DNA of 59,582 bases, taken from assembly GCA_002746135.1 (NCBI GenBank), contig NVWE01000003.1, forward strand, positions 168,065 through 227,646. The letters are read 5' to 3'. This document shows, one piece after another, positions 37,089-45,108 of this stretch. A program made the position numbers and the translations under genes. The notes beneath the pieces were generated by a model, which saw only the letters and a list, made by a program, of their open reading frames with translations, was not told the origin of the DNA and did no database searches. Position 1 is the stretch's first letter. Each line of letters starts with the position of its first letter. Source of the stretch: Cellvibrionales bacterium (GTDB lineage Bacteria; Pseudomonadota; Gammaproteobacteria; Pseudomonadales; Porticoccaceae).

Positions 37089-37382
37089 TCATGCCCCCGG
37101 CTTTTTCACGCCCGGCACCTGGGCACGGCCGGCGGCAACGTCGGCACCGCGCTCGGTGAGGGTGGCGATGAGCAGATTGCTGATATCGTCAATGCTGACC
37201 AGGCCTTGCTCCTGTAACCAGAGCAGCTCGGTTTTCACCAGGTCGCGGCTGGGGCTGTGGCCATATTCGCTGAGCACATTGGTGAGCACCGAGCTGTTGG
37301 CTTTGTAGCTGGGCATGTTGGCGAGGATGCGCAGCATGACCAGGCGCTGGTCTTCGCGTAAATATTCGGTGAAAGGCGGCAT
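37089..37382 (-). CDS. winged-helix-like small protein (Mu gp26 position)
   Basis: 97 aa. REDQRLVMLRILANMP...ELLWLQEQGLVSI. Confidence 0.4.
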   Translation of the reverse strand: MPPFTEYLREDQRLVMLRILANMPSYKANSSVLTNVLSEYGHSPSRDLVKTELLWLQEQGLVSIDDISNLLIATLTERGADVAAGRAQVPGVKKPGA

Positions 37383-37407
37383 GGCTATTCCTTCTTTTAA
37401 TCAATCG

Positions 37408-37626
37408 CTATGTTTCTTTACGAGCTATGTTTTCAACAGCATCAATAATGTCCTTTATTTCCCAGTCAGCATTACTCTTGATGCCCACCAGCTCGCGTAC
37501 TCTCTGCATACCCATTTCCCAGCGGTCTTTCCTTATGCATACGCCGTCGTTACGAACCTCGTAATCCGCAGGATCTTTTCCCCTGAATTCAGGGATGACA
37601 AAATCTTGTTGTGTTGCTTGTCTCAT
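37408..37626 (-). CDS. hypothetical 72-aa protein (AT-rich moron)
   Basis: ATG start, own spacers on both sides, AT-richer than its neighbours. Confidence 0.35.
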   Translation of the reverse strand: MRQATQQDFVIPEFRGKDPADYEVRNDGVCIRKDRWEMGMQRVRELVGIKSNADWEIKDIIDAVENIARKET

Positions 37627-37671
37627 AATGTTCTCAAAATTGAGAGCCCAATCTTGCGTGCCTTTAAAGCC

Positions 37672-37974
37672 TTATTTGTGGCTTAACAGATAGTCGTTAA
37701 TACGATTGAGGCTGCTATCAATGGGTTTTAGCTGTTTTGACAGGCCGTCGATTTCGGCCTCCATTTTGCCGAGGCGTTCAAACAACAGGCTGATTTGCTG
37801 GCGGGTGGGCACATGGGCCATCTGGCTTTCCATGGTGATTATTTTGCGGTTCATTTCGTCAAAGACGGTTTGCTTGACCGACTGACGATTCGCGTTAAAG
37901 GAATAAATAGCGAAGGCAATAACGACCACCCAGCGGATAAATTCACTACCAAAATACAATTCATCAGCGTTCAA
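37672..37974 (-). CDS. DUF2730-like membrane protein (Mu gp25 position)
   Basis: 100 aa with TM segment FIRWVVVIAFAIYSF followed by a coiled-coil-like tail. TTG start. Confidence 0.5.
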   Translation of the reverse strand: MNADELYFGSEFIRWVVVIAFAIYSFNANRQSVKQTVFDEMNRKIITMESQMAHVPTRQQISLLFERLGKMEAEIDGLSKQLKPIDSSLNRINDYLLSHK

Positions 37975-38158
37975 GATTCTTTCCTTCTGAGCCTATGGCC
38001 CCAGCGCTGGTGCTTTGGCCATCACACCAGCGACCAAAGGCGCGAGCCTGATTCACCAGTGCCCGGCGTAACGCAACGATTTCAGCGTGGGCCTGGCTGC
38101 ATAAGGGCAAGTCGCTCGCCTGTAGTTTTTCAAGAAGATCACCTTTCACATCGTTCAA
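37964..38158 (-). CDS. hypothetical first gene of the late operon
   Basis: 64 aa. TTG start, or GTG 9 nt further in. No motif recognised. Confidence 0.3.
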   Translation of the reverse strand: MNDVKGDLLEKLQASDLPLCSQAHAEIVALRRALVNQARAFGRWCDGQSTSAGAIGSEGKNLER

Positions 38159-38278
38159 CCCTTATCAATTGACAGCTACTCATTGCAAACAAGTGCCGTG
38201 ACAGTAGGCTAAAAACGACGGATAGGCTTTTGAACGGGGGCAAAATCAACACCGCGCGCGCAGGTGTAATCTGGCGAT

Positions 38279-38797
38279 ATGAGTAATATTTCTCTAAGCC
38301 CAGACGCTATTCTTGAGCAAACTAACCTCACCGGGGCAGTTGCCGATATCCAGGATAGCCCGGCCAGTCCTGACGCCAATTGGCTTACCGCGCCAGGCAA
38401 TAATGTAGCCACTACGGTACGCACGTCGCTGCCAACACCACCCAACAATTTGAACGCCGGTGCGGCCTTACAACAATTTCGCCTGTGGGTGCGCAAAACA
38501 AACCATTCCACTGATCCGCTGATGACAGTGGAGCTATACGAGGATGGCGCACTAATAGCCACGCTGGCCACGGGGGCCGGGGTCTCTAGCATCAGCGGCC
38601 AACTGCTGACATACACCTGGGACGCAGCCCTTTTAAGCGCCATTAGCGGCGTTGATGTGGAGTGCCGAATCAGTGGCACCTCTGGTGGGGGCAAGCCTAC
38701 CAACCGTGCGGCCCTTGAAATTGGCGCTATGGCCTGGGATGCCGATTATGCGGTCAGCACCGGCCCCACGTTGCTGTTAGCCCTGGTACCGGCATGA
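38279..38797 (+). CDS. hypothetical protein, cassette gene 1 (beta-rich, structural-like)
   Basis: 172 aa. First of seven tightly packed plus-strand ORFs. Confidence 0.5.
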   Translation: MSNISLSPDAILEQTNLTGAVADIQDSPASPDANWLTAPGNNVATTVRTSLPTPPNNLNAGAALQQFRLWVRKTNHSTDPLMTVELYEDGALIATLATGAGVSSISGQLLTYTWDAALLSAISGVDVECRISGTSGGGKPTNRAALEIGAMAWDADYAVSTGPTLLLALVPA

Positions 38798-38807
38798 GCA
38801 GCCACGC

Positions 38808-39320
38808 ATGAGCACGGTCTATCGCGGCGCATTCGCTACCCTCTGGATTACCCTGCAGGCCAATGAAGCCCTGGGCATTCTCGACGCTGACTATTTAGAA
38901 GATTACTTCGGCAACGACAGCCAGGTATCGCTGTATCACATCGCTAGCGATACCCATTACCCGGTGTTGATGCTCGACCAGCCACTGGTAACACCGCTGA
39001 TCCCCTATGACATATTCAAGGGCCAAATAGCCATGGCGAGCCTGCCTGACGGGGCTTACCAGGTGCGCGGCCGTTGTCGTGATGTGGGCGGCAATTACAC
39101 CATCTTAAGCGCCGTACAAAGCCCCCTTGGCGGCGAGCAGGTGCTGGCGATGGAATTTAACATTCAGCCGGGGCAAGGCTTGCACTTCACCGTGCAACTG
39201 CCCTTTGGGCTGATTCGCATGGGTCTGGATATGGGCACGCTGGATCGCCCGACATTGCCCCATCATTTACTCAACCGTGACCAGCCAATGGCTGAATTAC
39301 GCACTGTACTGGAGCGCTAA
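38808..39320 (+). CDS. hypothetical protein, cassette gene 2
   Basis: 170 aa, starting 10 nt after gene 1. Confidence 0.5.
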   Translation: MSTVYRGAFATLWITLQANEALGILDADYLEDYFGNDSQVSLYHIASDTHYPVLMLDQPLVTPLIPYDIFKGQIAMASLPDGAYQVRGRCRDVGGNYTILSAVQSPLGGEQVLAMEFNIQPGQGLHFTVQLPFGLIRMGLDMGTLDRPTLPHHLLNRDQPMAELRTVLER

Positions 39321-39631
39321 TGGTCTACACCGACGACAACGGTTTTACGCTGGATTTTACCAGCCAGTTTGACCTCACCGCCATGACCAGTGTGCGCATG
39401 TTAATTCGTCGCCCCAGCAACAGCGTGGCGGCCTACGATTTTGCCCTGGCTGAATTCAATACGGTGAACGTGGGCGGTGTGCTGAGCTACTTGGTGCGCC
39501 CTGGGGATTTGACGGTGGATGGCGATTATTTGTTTCAGGTGATTGCCAAAGATGCGAATTCTGACGTGGCGTTTAAGCCCTACACCCTAAAAGTTGAACG
39601 CCGCATTGCCGGTAATGGGTGGAATATATGA
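39320..39631 (+). CDS. hypothetical protein, cassette gene 3 (Ig/beta-sandwich-like)
   Basis: 103 aa. Start overlaps the previous stop (TAATG). Confidence 0.45.
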   Translation: MVYTDDNGFTLDFTSQFDLTAMTSVRMLIRRPSNSVAAYDFALAEFNTVNVGGVLSYLVRPGDLTVDGDYLFQVIAKDANSDVAFKPYTLKVERRIAGNGWNI

Positions 39632-39777
39632 GCGTGATAAGCGTGCGCTGCAGCCAGTGCAATAAGTCCTTTTCAATCAACCCGGCAGCGGGCCAGCCCG
39701 TCGCGCCAGTGTGCCCCAAGTGCGCGCCACGCATTAACAAAACCATTGTTAAAAAGGAGAAAAACCATGCGCTTTGA
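39628..39777 (+). CDS. 49-aa zinc-ribbon protein, cassette gene 4; not in the ORF track
   Basis: My translation: MSVISVRCSQCNKSFSINPAAGQPVAPVCPKCAPRINKTIVKKEKNHAL. Two CxxC pairs. ATGA overlap with gene 3. Confidence 0.45.
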   Translation: MSVISVRCSQCNKSFSINPAAGQPVAPVCPKCAPRINKTIVKKEKNHAL

Positions 39778-39982
39778 AAGCATTCACGAGATCCCCAAGA
39801 CCCTGCGCAGAATCGGCGGCACGCAGCTGTCGATTGACCAAATTGAAGCACTGCTCGACGAAGCAGACAGCAGCGAATTGCCCAATGGTGCCGCACTGGC
39901 ACAGGCGAAACGCGATTTTATAACCCGCCACAAGCCCGTGGGCGGGCACTGGGTTGCCACTAACACAGGAGCAAGCGCGTAA
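39767..39982 (+). CDS. hypothetical 71-aa protein, cassette gene 5
   Basis: The preferred ATG is at 39767, with SD aaggag 7 nt upstream; the track ORF starts at 39746. Confidence 0.45.
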   Translation: MRFESIHEIPKTLRRIGGTQLSIDQIEALLDEADSSELPNGAALAQAKRDFITRHKPVGGHWVATNTGASA

Positions 39983-40899
39983 TGTTGACACTCAATTTAG
40001 CAGGCGGCTCACAGGCCGACCCTATTCTCGCAGGCCTGGGCCTGAAGCTGGTGGGCGCAGGCTCATCATTCGACATCGCCACGGTGAACGACGCGTTTAT
40101 TGATGCCGCCACTGGGGCTGGTGTAACCACGGTGAAAGCCAGCCTTACCCCAGCGGCGACGGTGGTGACGGCGGCCTCTACCGGCAGCTATAACGACACC
40201 ACCAAAAGCTGGACGATGAGTAGCACCACCGGCCTGACAGCAGGCGACCCCATTTACCTGAGCCATGCCAGCATTACCGATGGCATTTACTACCTTGGCA
40301 GCGTGGTGAATGGCACCGACTACACGGTGGAGGATGCCAACGGCGTCAACCCCATGGACGGCGGCGGCGTCCAGAGCAGCATTTTCTATCAGGTGGCCTG
40401 GGCCTGGGTGGGGGCTGGTGACGCGGTACCCATTAACCACAACAGCGCAGGCGACCAAAACTTTTGGAAATTTCAGGCCGACGATGGCGCGGTAAGCTCC
40501 ATCGCCGAAGACAGCTTTTGGGTGGCCGACAGCCCCGCTGGCGCTGCCTTTATTCAGATTGAGGGCGGCGACTACAGCGGCCAAACCGTGGCCGACAATT
40601 TGCTGACACTGGTGATACTCACCGGCTGGGCGAACAATGGCGGCATTAGCCATGTTGAAATGGCCAACCATTCGGTGCAAACGGTTAACAATTTCATCTG
40701 GACATCGGGCGGCGGCACTGGCGAAGTGGCCCTGGCCACGGCCGAAGGTGGCCTGACCGCATCGGCAGGCGACGGCAACAAGTACGGCCAGCTGGTGTTT
40801 AAAGCCAAAGCGGGCAGCGCCTATGACGTAACGGCCGATATTGACGTGATTGTCGATAGCACCGGGCCATTGTTGGTATTAACTCTGGTGGCGGCGTAA
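39982..40899 (+). CDS. hypothetical 305-aa Gly/Ala/Thr-rich protein, cassette gene 6 (fibre/structural-like)
   Basis: Start overlaps the previous stop (TAATG). Beta-rich composition, no enzymatic motif seen. Confidence 0.5.
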   Translation: MLTLNLAGGSQADPILAGLGLKLVGAGSSFDIATVNDAFIDAATGAGVTTVKASLTPAATVVTAASTGSYNDTTKSWTMSSTTGLTAGDPIYLSHASITDGIYYLGSVVNGTDYTVEDANGVNPMDGGGVQSSIFYQVAWAWVGAGDAVPINHNSAGDQNFWKFQADDGAVSSIAEDSFWVADSPAGAAFIQIEGGDYSGQTVADNLLTLVILTGWANNGGISHVEMANHSVQTVNNFIWTSGGGTGEVALATAEGGLTASAGDGNKYGQLVFKAKAGSAYDVTADIDVIVDSTGPLLVLTLVAA

Positions 40900-40904
40900 T
40901 TACC

Positions 40905-41228
40905 ATGAAAATTGACATCGCCCAACTCGCGTTTATCGACCCCACCCTGCGCGACATATTGCTGCAGGCGGAAAAAGCCACCGGCTTTGAATTCACCATC
41001 ACCAGCCTGTACCGCATTGGCGACAAGGGCGTGCACGGCACACTGCCACTGCGGGGGGCTGACCTGCGGGTGCGCCTACCCGCCGCTGGCGAGGTGATGG
41101 CGGATTATATTAATGCGCGCTGGCAGTACGATAGCGAGCGGCCCGCTATGCGCTGTGCGGTGCTGCACGGCATGGGGGCTAATTTACATTTGCATGTGCA
41201 GGTGCATCCCAGGACTGGGAGGGCTTGA
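40905..41228 (+). CDS. small peptidase M15-like protein (tentative cell-wall hydrolase), cassette gene 7
   Basis: 107 aa. TSLYRIGDKGVHGTLPLRGADLRV and HLHVQVH loosely resemble the SxxR / H..D / H zinc-ligand pattern of M15 peptidases. Confidence 0.35.
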   Translation: MKIDIAQLAFIDPTLRDILLQAEKATGFEFTITSLYRIGDKGVHGTLPLRGADLRVRLPAAGEVMADYINARWQYDSERPAMRCAVLHGMGANLHLHVQVHPRTGRA

Positions 41229-41232
41229 GGGT

Positions 41233-41781
41233 TTAGCAGTCACGCAAGATAGCCAACAATTTAGTCCGCTCAGCACTATCCATCGTCAGCCTGTGCTTTG
41301 CTTTAACTAACCACCACCGGGCTGCGTACTCGCAATGATACCTTGCCAGTGGTGGCATCCACTTCGCAGGATCTTTACTTCCCTTAGACCGATTGGCCCT
41401 TGCGATGACCGGGAGCAGGTTTTCAGGGTCATTAGCAAAGGCTCTCTTTTTGGCCCGCGTCCAGTGCTCACCGCCAGAGATATGCGCCTCTTTTAGCGGC
41501 ACGATATGGTCAATATCTAACCGCCCTGCATTAATAAAAACATCACCCGTGTAGGGGCCAATCCATCGACCTGAAACCACTCGACAACCCTGTAGAGTCA
41601 GCGGCCCTGCATTTTTTGCTATGAGTATTTCAGCCCGTGTGTTTTGGCAGTCGCCATCAACATCAGCCCAATAAGGCCAGTCCAGCCGATCATAAGAGCC
41701 CGCGAAAGCGACCAGGGGGATGAGTGCTAGTAGAGCGAGCTTCAAGGCTAGGGCACGACTAAAACCGCTTTGATGGCACAA
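41233..41781 (-). CDS. exported DUF1524 / His-Me finger (HNH-like) nuclease
   Basis: Signal peptide KLALLALIPLVAFAG/S, then DIDHIVPLKEAH and NDPENLLPVIARANRSKGSKDP. The start is uncertain: TTG 41781, or TTG 41745 just after the upstream stop. Confidence 0.6.
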   Translation of the reverse strand: MCHQSGFSRALALKLALLALIPLVAFAGSYDRLDWPYWADVDGDCQNTRAEILIAKNAGPLTLQGCRVVSGRWIGPYTGDVFINAGRLDIDHIVPLKEAHISGGEHWTRAKKRAFANDPENLLPVIARANRSKGSKDPAKWMPPLARYHCEYAARWWLVKAKHRLTMDSAERTKLLAILRDC

Positions 41782-42113
41782 ACAAAGTTAGCCAGGTCGC
41801 TTTTGCTCGAGCCGTCAACAAGATCAAACCATTTGGTCGGCCTAATTGTCATGGCGGAAAGCGACTCACCATAACCCAGCTCGCGCATTTTCGTCGTCTT
41901 ACAGTTTGTTTCTGTTTTTGAATAGGATGCGGACAAAGCGCTAATGCGACTGCTGCTTGCGACAACAACATCACCTTTTATCGCCATTGTTAGCAGGTAA
42001 TAATTAGCGTTCTCAACCCGGCTTCGCGGGATAAGTAGTTCGGCATGGACTAGCACCGGGGTGTTTGCCGCAATGGCTAATAGTCCAATTAGTACGACTT
42101 TACACAGTCTCAT
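41748..42113 (-). CDS. exported 121-aa hypothetical protein
   Basis: Signal peptide MRLCKVVLIGLLAIAANTPVLVHA/E. ATGA overlap with the repressor stop. AT-rich. Confidence 0.45.
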   Translation of the reverse strand: MRLCKVVLIGLLAIAANTPVLVHAELLIPRSRVENANYYLLTMAIKGDVVVASSSRISALSASYSKTETNCKTTKMRELGYGESLSAMTIRPTKWFDLVDGSSKSDLANFVCAIKAVLVVP

Positions 42114-42601
42114 TGTTTTTCCTCTTTTGGCTTATCACTAGCGGCCTGTTGAGCCAGGGCTTTTGCAGACACGTCGAGTGACAGCTTGCCAACACCATTA
42201 CTACGCCGATAGTTGTCGACCAGGTTTAGCTCTCGACCGCTGAGATAAACCGGCGAAGGCGGCTCGGCCACGCTGCCCCCAGGCTCATGTTTCACGACTT
42301 CATACGCTTCTAAGGCCAGATTTGTTAGTTCGCCACCCTCTGGCTCCCTATCAACACTGAGGCTTAGAGCTGCGGCGAGCTTATCGTCAATCGCTTTTGG
42401 CAGGCGGTTGCCAGTGAGGATGTAGGCGATATCGACCCCGGCTTTACTGATAGCTAGCAAATAGTCCGCGTTCGGCGAGCGATCCCCCTTTTCATAATTG
42501 ACCTGTGAACGCCTGTTCACACCAGCCAGCTCGGCAAATTCACCCTGCCCATAGCGCAGCCTGTTTCGCTCTTCTTTTAATCGATCACAAAATAAAGCCA
42601 T
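42110..42601 (-). CDS. prophage repressor (XRE-family HTH)
   Basis: 163 aa. LRYGQGEFAELAGVNRRSQVNYEKGDRSPNADYL is an HTH_3 motif. Divergent from the early operon. Confidence 0.75.
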   Translation of the reverse strand: MALFCDRLKEERNRLRYGQGEFAELAGVNRRSQVNYEKGDRSPNADYLLAISKAGVDIAYILTGNRLPKAIDDKLAAALSLSVDREPEGGELTNLALEAYEVVKHEPGGSVAEPPSPVYLSGRELNLVDNYRRSNGVGKLSLDVSAKALAQQAASDKPKEEKQ

Positions 42602-42619
42602 ACAAGCCCCGACAAACTA

Positions 42620-42648
42620 TTGACAAGCGCACGTTTATGCGCAATTAT
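42620..42648 (+). promoter_or_regulatory. candidate early promoter (TTGACA-17 nt-AATTAT) with an embedded operator-like inverted repeat
   Basis: TTGACA at 42620-42625 and AATTAT at 42643-42648. GCGCA (42627-42631) / TGCGC (42638-42642) lie inside the spacer. Confidence 0.45.
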
Positions 42649-42690
42649 GAGAACGTAAATACACAACAGCACACAGAAGAGGCGACCCCC

Positions 42691-42927
42691 ATGAACAAAT
42701 CCAGCCCCAACACACCCCTGCCGTATCCGCAAACTCCAGAAAGCGCACGCGCCTGGTTCGTTGATCACGGCATTTGCCAAACAGCCTGGTCAAAATCCCT
42801 GGGCATATCTCGCGCAGCCGTGGTCGATCTTATTCATGGCCGCCGCAAAGGGCATCGTGGAGAAGGCCATCGCGCCGCCATCTTGCTCGGCCTAAAGCTT
42901 GACCCCTCTGCAAGCCAGGCTGCTTAA
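42691..42927 (+). CDS. Ner-like small DNA-binding protein
   Basis: 78 aa from ATG 42691, with SD gaagagg. AWFVDHGICQTAWSKSLGISRAAVVDLIHG. First gene of the early operon. Confidence 0.5.
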   Translation: MNKSSPNTPLPYPQTPESARAWFVDHGICQTAWSKSLGISRAAVVDLIHGRRKGHRGEGHRAAILLGLKLDPSASQAA

Positions 42928-43035
42928 GCATGCATTCAACACCGCTCATTATCCACAATGAAACGCTATTGCCTATGGGCAATCTTGTCTTTTGTTTGGA
43001 AGCCCTGCAATGCCCCCCTTTACGGGAGATGTCCA

Positions 43036-43521
43036 ATGCCTCGGCGTAATTGGAAACGGCTTGCCCCGACATCACTACGCCAGGCGATGGAGTTGTGCCT
43101 GGAGTATGCCCGCAGCAAGCACAACCGCTCGGTAGATGGCGTTGCCGACCTGATGGGTCAGTCGAATAAATGGAGCCTTTATAAGTGGATGGAGAACGGC
43201 CGCTTGCCCAGTATTTTGATTCGCCCCTTTGAGCATGCCTGCGGTTGCAGCTATGTCACCCAGTACCTCGCGACCAGCGCTCACAAATTATTAATCGATA
43301 TACCCAGTGGCCAGCCCGCAGGCGAGGCCGATTTACTGGCCTTACACAGCGACTTTAATGCCGCCGTTGATTTGCTGGCGGGTTTCTACGGCGGCAAAGC
43401 CGAAGCCGATGAAACCCTGAGCGCACTGACCGAGGTAATGAGCCAGATTGCCGGGCACCGCGAGAATGTAAGCAAAGCCATGGCCCCGGAATTGGGGTTA
43501 TTTGAAGGAGAGACACTATGA
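43036..43521 (+). CDS. hypothetical early protein (HTH-like N-terminus)
   Basis: 161 aa from ATG 43036. VDGVADLMGQSNKWSLYKWMENGRLP. Confidence 0.4.
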   Translation: MPRRNWKRLAPTSLRQAMELCLEYARSKHNRSVDGVADLMGQSNKWSLYKWMENGRLPSILIRPFEHACGCSYVTQYLATSAHKLLIDIPSGQPAGEADLLALHSDFNAAVDLLAGFYGGKAEADETLSALTEVMSQIAGHRENVSKAMAPELGLFEGETL

Positions 43522-44096
43522 GTGCATTTACCCCCACCCAACCCAGCGCCCTGACTGCCCGCGACAGTTTGTTTATGTCGACCGATGGCCAGCCTTATGT
43601 GAGTAGTCGAGCTATTGCTGAGCGCTTTGGCAAACGCCATACCCATGTGCTGAGAATTATCAAAAAGCTGTTAGCTGACATACAAGCTACCGAGTTCGCC
43701 CAGCCCAATATTGGGCTGGGGTGTCACCATAAATCAGGGTTTGATCGGACAAATTTTCGTCCGATCTCTTACCCGGATGCCAACGGTCAACAGCGCCCTG
43801 AGTATCACCTCAGCCACGATGGCTTTGCTCTGGTGGTCATGAGTTTTACCGGCCCTGAAGCCCTGGCCTGGAAGATTGCCTTTATCGAAGCCTTCAAAGC
43901 CCTTGAAGCAGAACTCAAAGCGAAAGATCAGCTCTTTCTCGCTGCCCTGGACAAAATACGACCCTGCCTGCGCATTGTTGTCGAAGGCGGCGAGCAGGGT
44001 TTGAACAGGGCGCAGATAGGCGCACAACTGGATAAATCACTGGCAGCAGTGACCTACCACCGGGGCCAGGCACGAAAGCTGGGCTTGCGAGCATGA
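43518..44096 (+). CDS. Rha-family phage regulatory protein
   Basis: 192 aa. DGQPYVSSRAIAERFGKRHTHVLRIIKKLL is the Phage_pRha motif. Confidence 0.7.
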   Translation: MSAFTPTQPSALTARDSLFMSTDGQPYVSSRAIAERFGKRHTHVLRIIKKLLADIQATEFAQPNIGLGCHHKSGFDRTNFRPISYPDANGQQRPEYHLSHDGFALVVMSFTGPEALAWKIAFIEAFKALEAELKAKDQLFLAALDKIRPCLRIVVEGGEQGLNRAQIGAQLDKSLAAVTYHRGQARKLGLRA

Positions 44097-44413
44097 GCAA
44101 CCTATCCAAACCCACAGGCCGCACCAGCAATAGCGGCGGTCGCGTATTACGCGTTATGGCAGCCCTACAGGGTCGCACCCTCAGCGGGGTGAGTAATGGC
44201 GAGCTGGCGAAAGCGCTGGGTGAAAGCACGGCCACTATTAACCGCTGTTGCAACACGCTAATTGCCGAGGGTTACGCCCAGAAGCTGGACAACGGTAATT
44301 TTTGCCTGAGCATTAAATTGCTGCAAATCGCGCAGGCCCACAGTACGGAATTTGCCCGCATGCAAGACCGCATGGGGGAGATCAACCAACGGGTGCTCGC
44401 ACCCTCACGTTAA
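44093..44413 (+). CDS. winged-helix (IclR/MarR N-terminal-like) DNA-binding protein
   Basis: 106 aa. VLRVMAALQGRTLSGVSNGELAKALGESTATINRCCNTLIAEGYA. Confidence 0.5.
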   Translation: MSNLSKPTGRTSNSGGRVLRVMAALQGRTLSGVSNGELAKALGESTATINRCCNTLIAEGYAQKLDNGNFCLSIKLLQIAQAHSTEFARMQDRMGEINQRVLAPSR

Positions 44414-44458
44414 ACACTAGCCGCCCGGCGGCCAATAACAACGGAAAAGGAAAGCACC

Positions 44459-44758
44459 ATGGGAATTAAAATATCTAAGCAGGTGAAAGCCCTTCTAAAA
44501 CGACGCCAGGAGCAATGGCTAAAGGACAGGGGCCATCGCGCCCTGGTACGGCTCGACCGCTATATCGAGTTAATGAGCAACACGCCGGGCGGTGCCACGC
44601 CGCTGCAGGCCGAGAAGCTGAAGGGCTTTGTTGAGGCGCTGTGTTTTGCCGAACTGCTAAGCGAGGCGGATGCAGATATCTATACCAGCGTGATTGATGG
44701 TGTTGTGCAAACCGAGGCGCTGGTGAACCCGTTTTTGACGGAGGAGTTGGCGTCGTGA
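44459..44758 (+). CDS. hypothetical early protein
   Basis: 99-aa ORF in the operon. No motif recognised. Confidence 0.35.
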   Translation: MGIKISKQVKALLKRRQEQWLKDRGHRALVRLDRYIELMSNTPGGATPLQAEKLKGFVEALCFAELLSEADADIYTSVIDGVVQTEALVNPFLTEELAS

Positions 44759-45108
44759 GTGAGCCAAAAAAACTCACCAAACAAGATGAAACCACCGCAA
44801 GCCATGTCATCGATATGGTTGCAGGGCTTGTGGTATTGGGCATGGATCTGGAGACGCTGAGTATCAACGGGCAGCGAGGTATTGCGTTACGCGGAATTGG
44901 TGGGAGCGACACTGACTTACAAACGTTGATCGATCTAGGTTCGATTTTTATCAGCATGATTAACTCTGGAAAGACCGTAGAAGAAGCTGTTTGTCAATTA
45001 ATCATAGATGGATACCTTGTTCATTTAACCCCAATTGCAGAGCGTCTTATTGAATTATCCGATGCAGAGTCTGATGCAAAGTTCGCCAACCTTGAGAAAA
45101 AAACATGA
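44755..45108 (+). CDS. hypothetical early protein
   Basis: 117 aa, overlapping its neighbours by 4 nt on both sides. Confidence 0.35.
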   Translation: MSEPKKLTKQDETTASHVIDMVAGLVVLGMDLETLSINGQRGIALRGIGGSDTDLQTLIDLGSIFISMINSGKTVEEAVCQLIIDGYLVHLTPIAERLIELSDAESDAKFANLEKKT

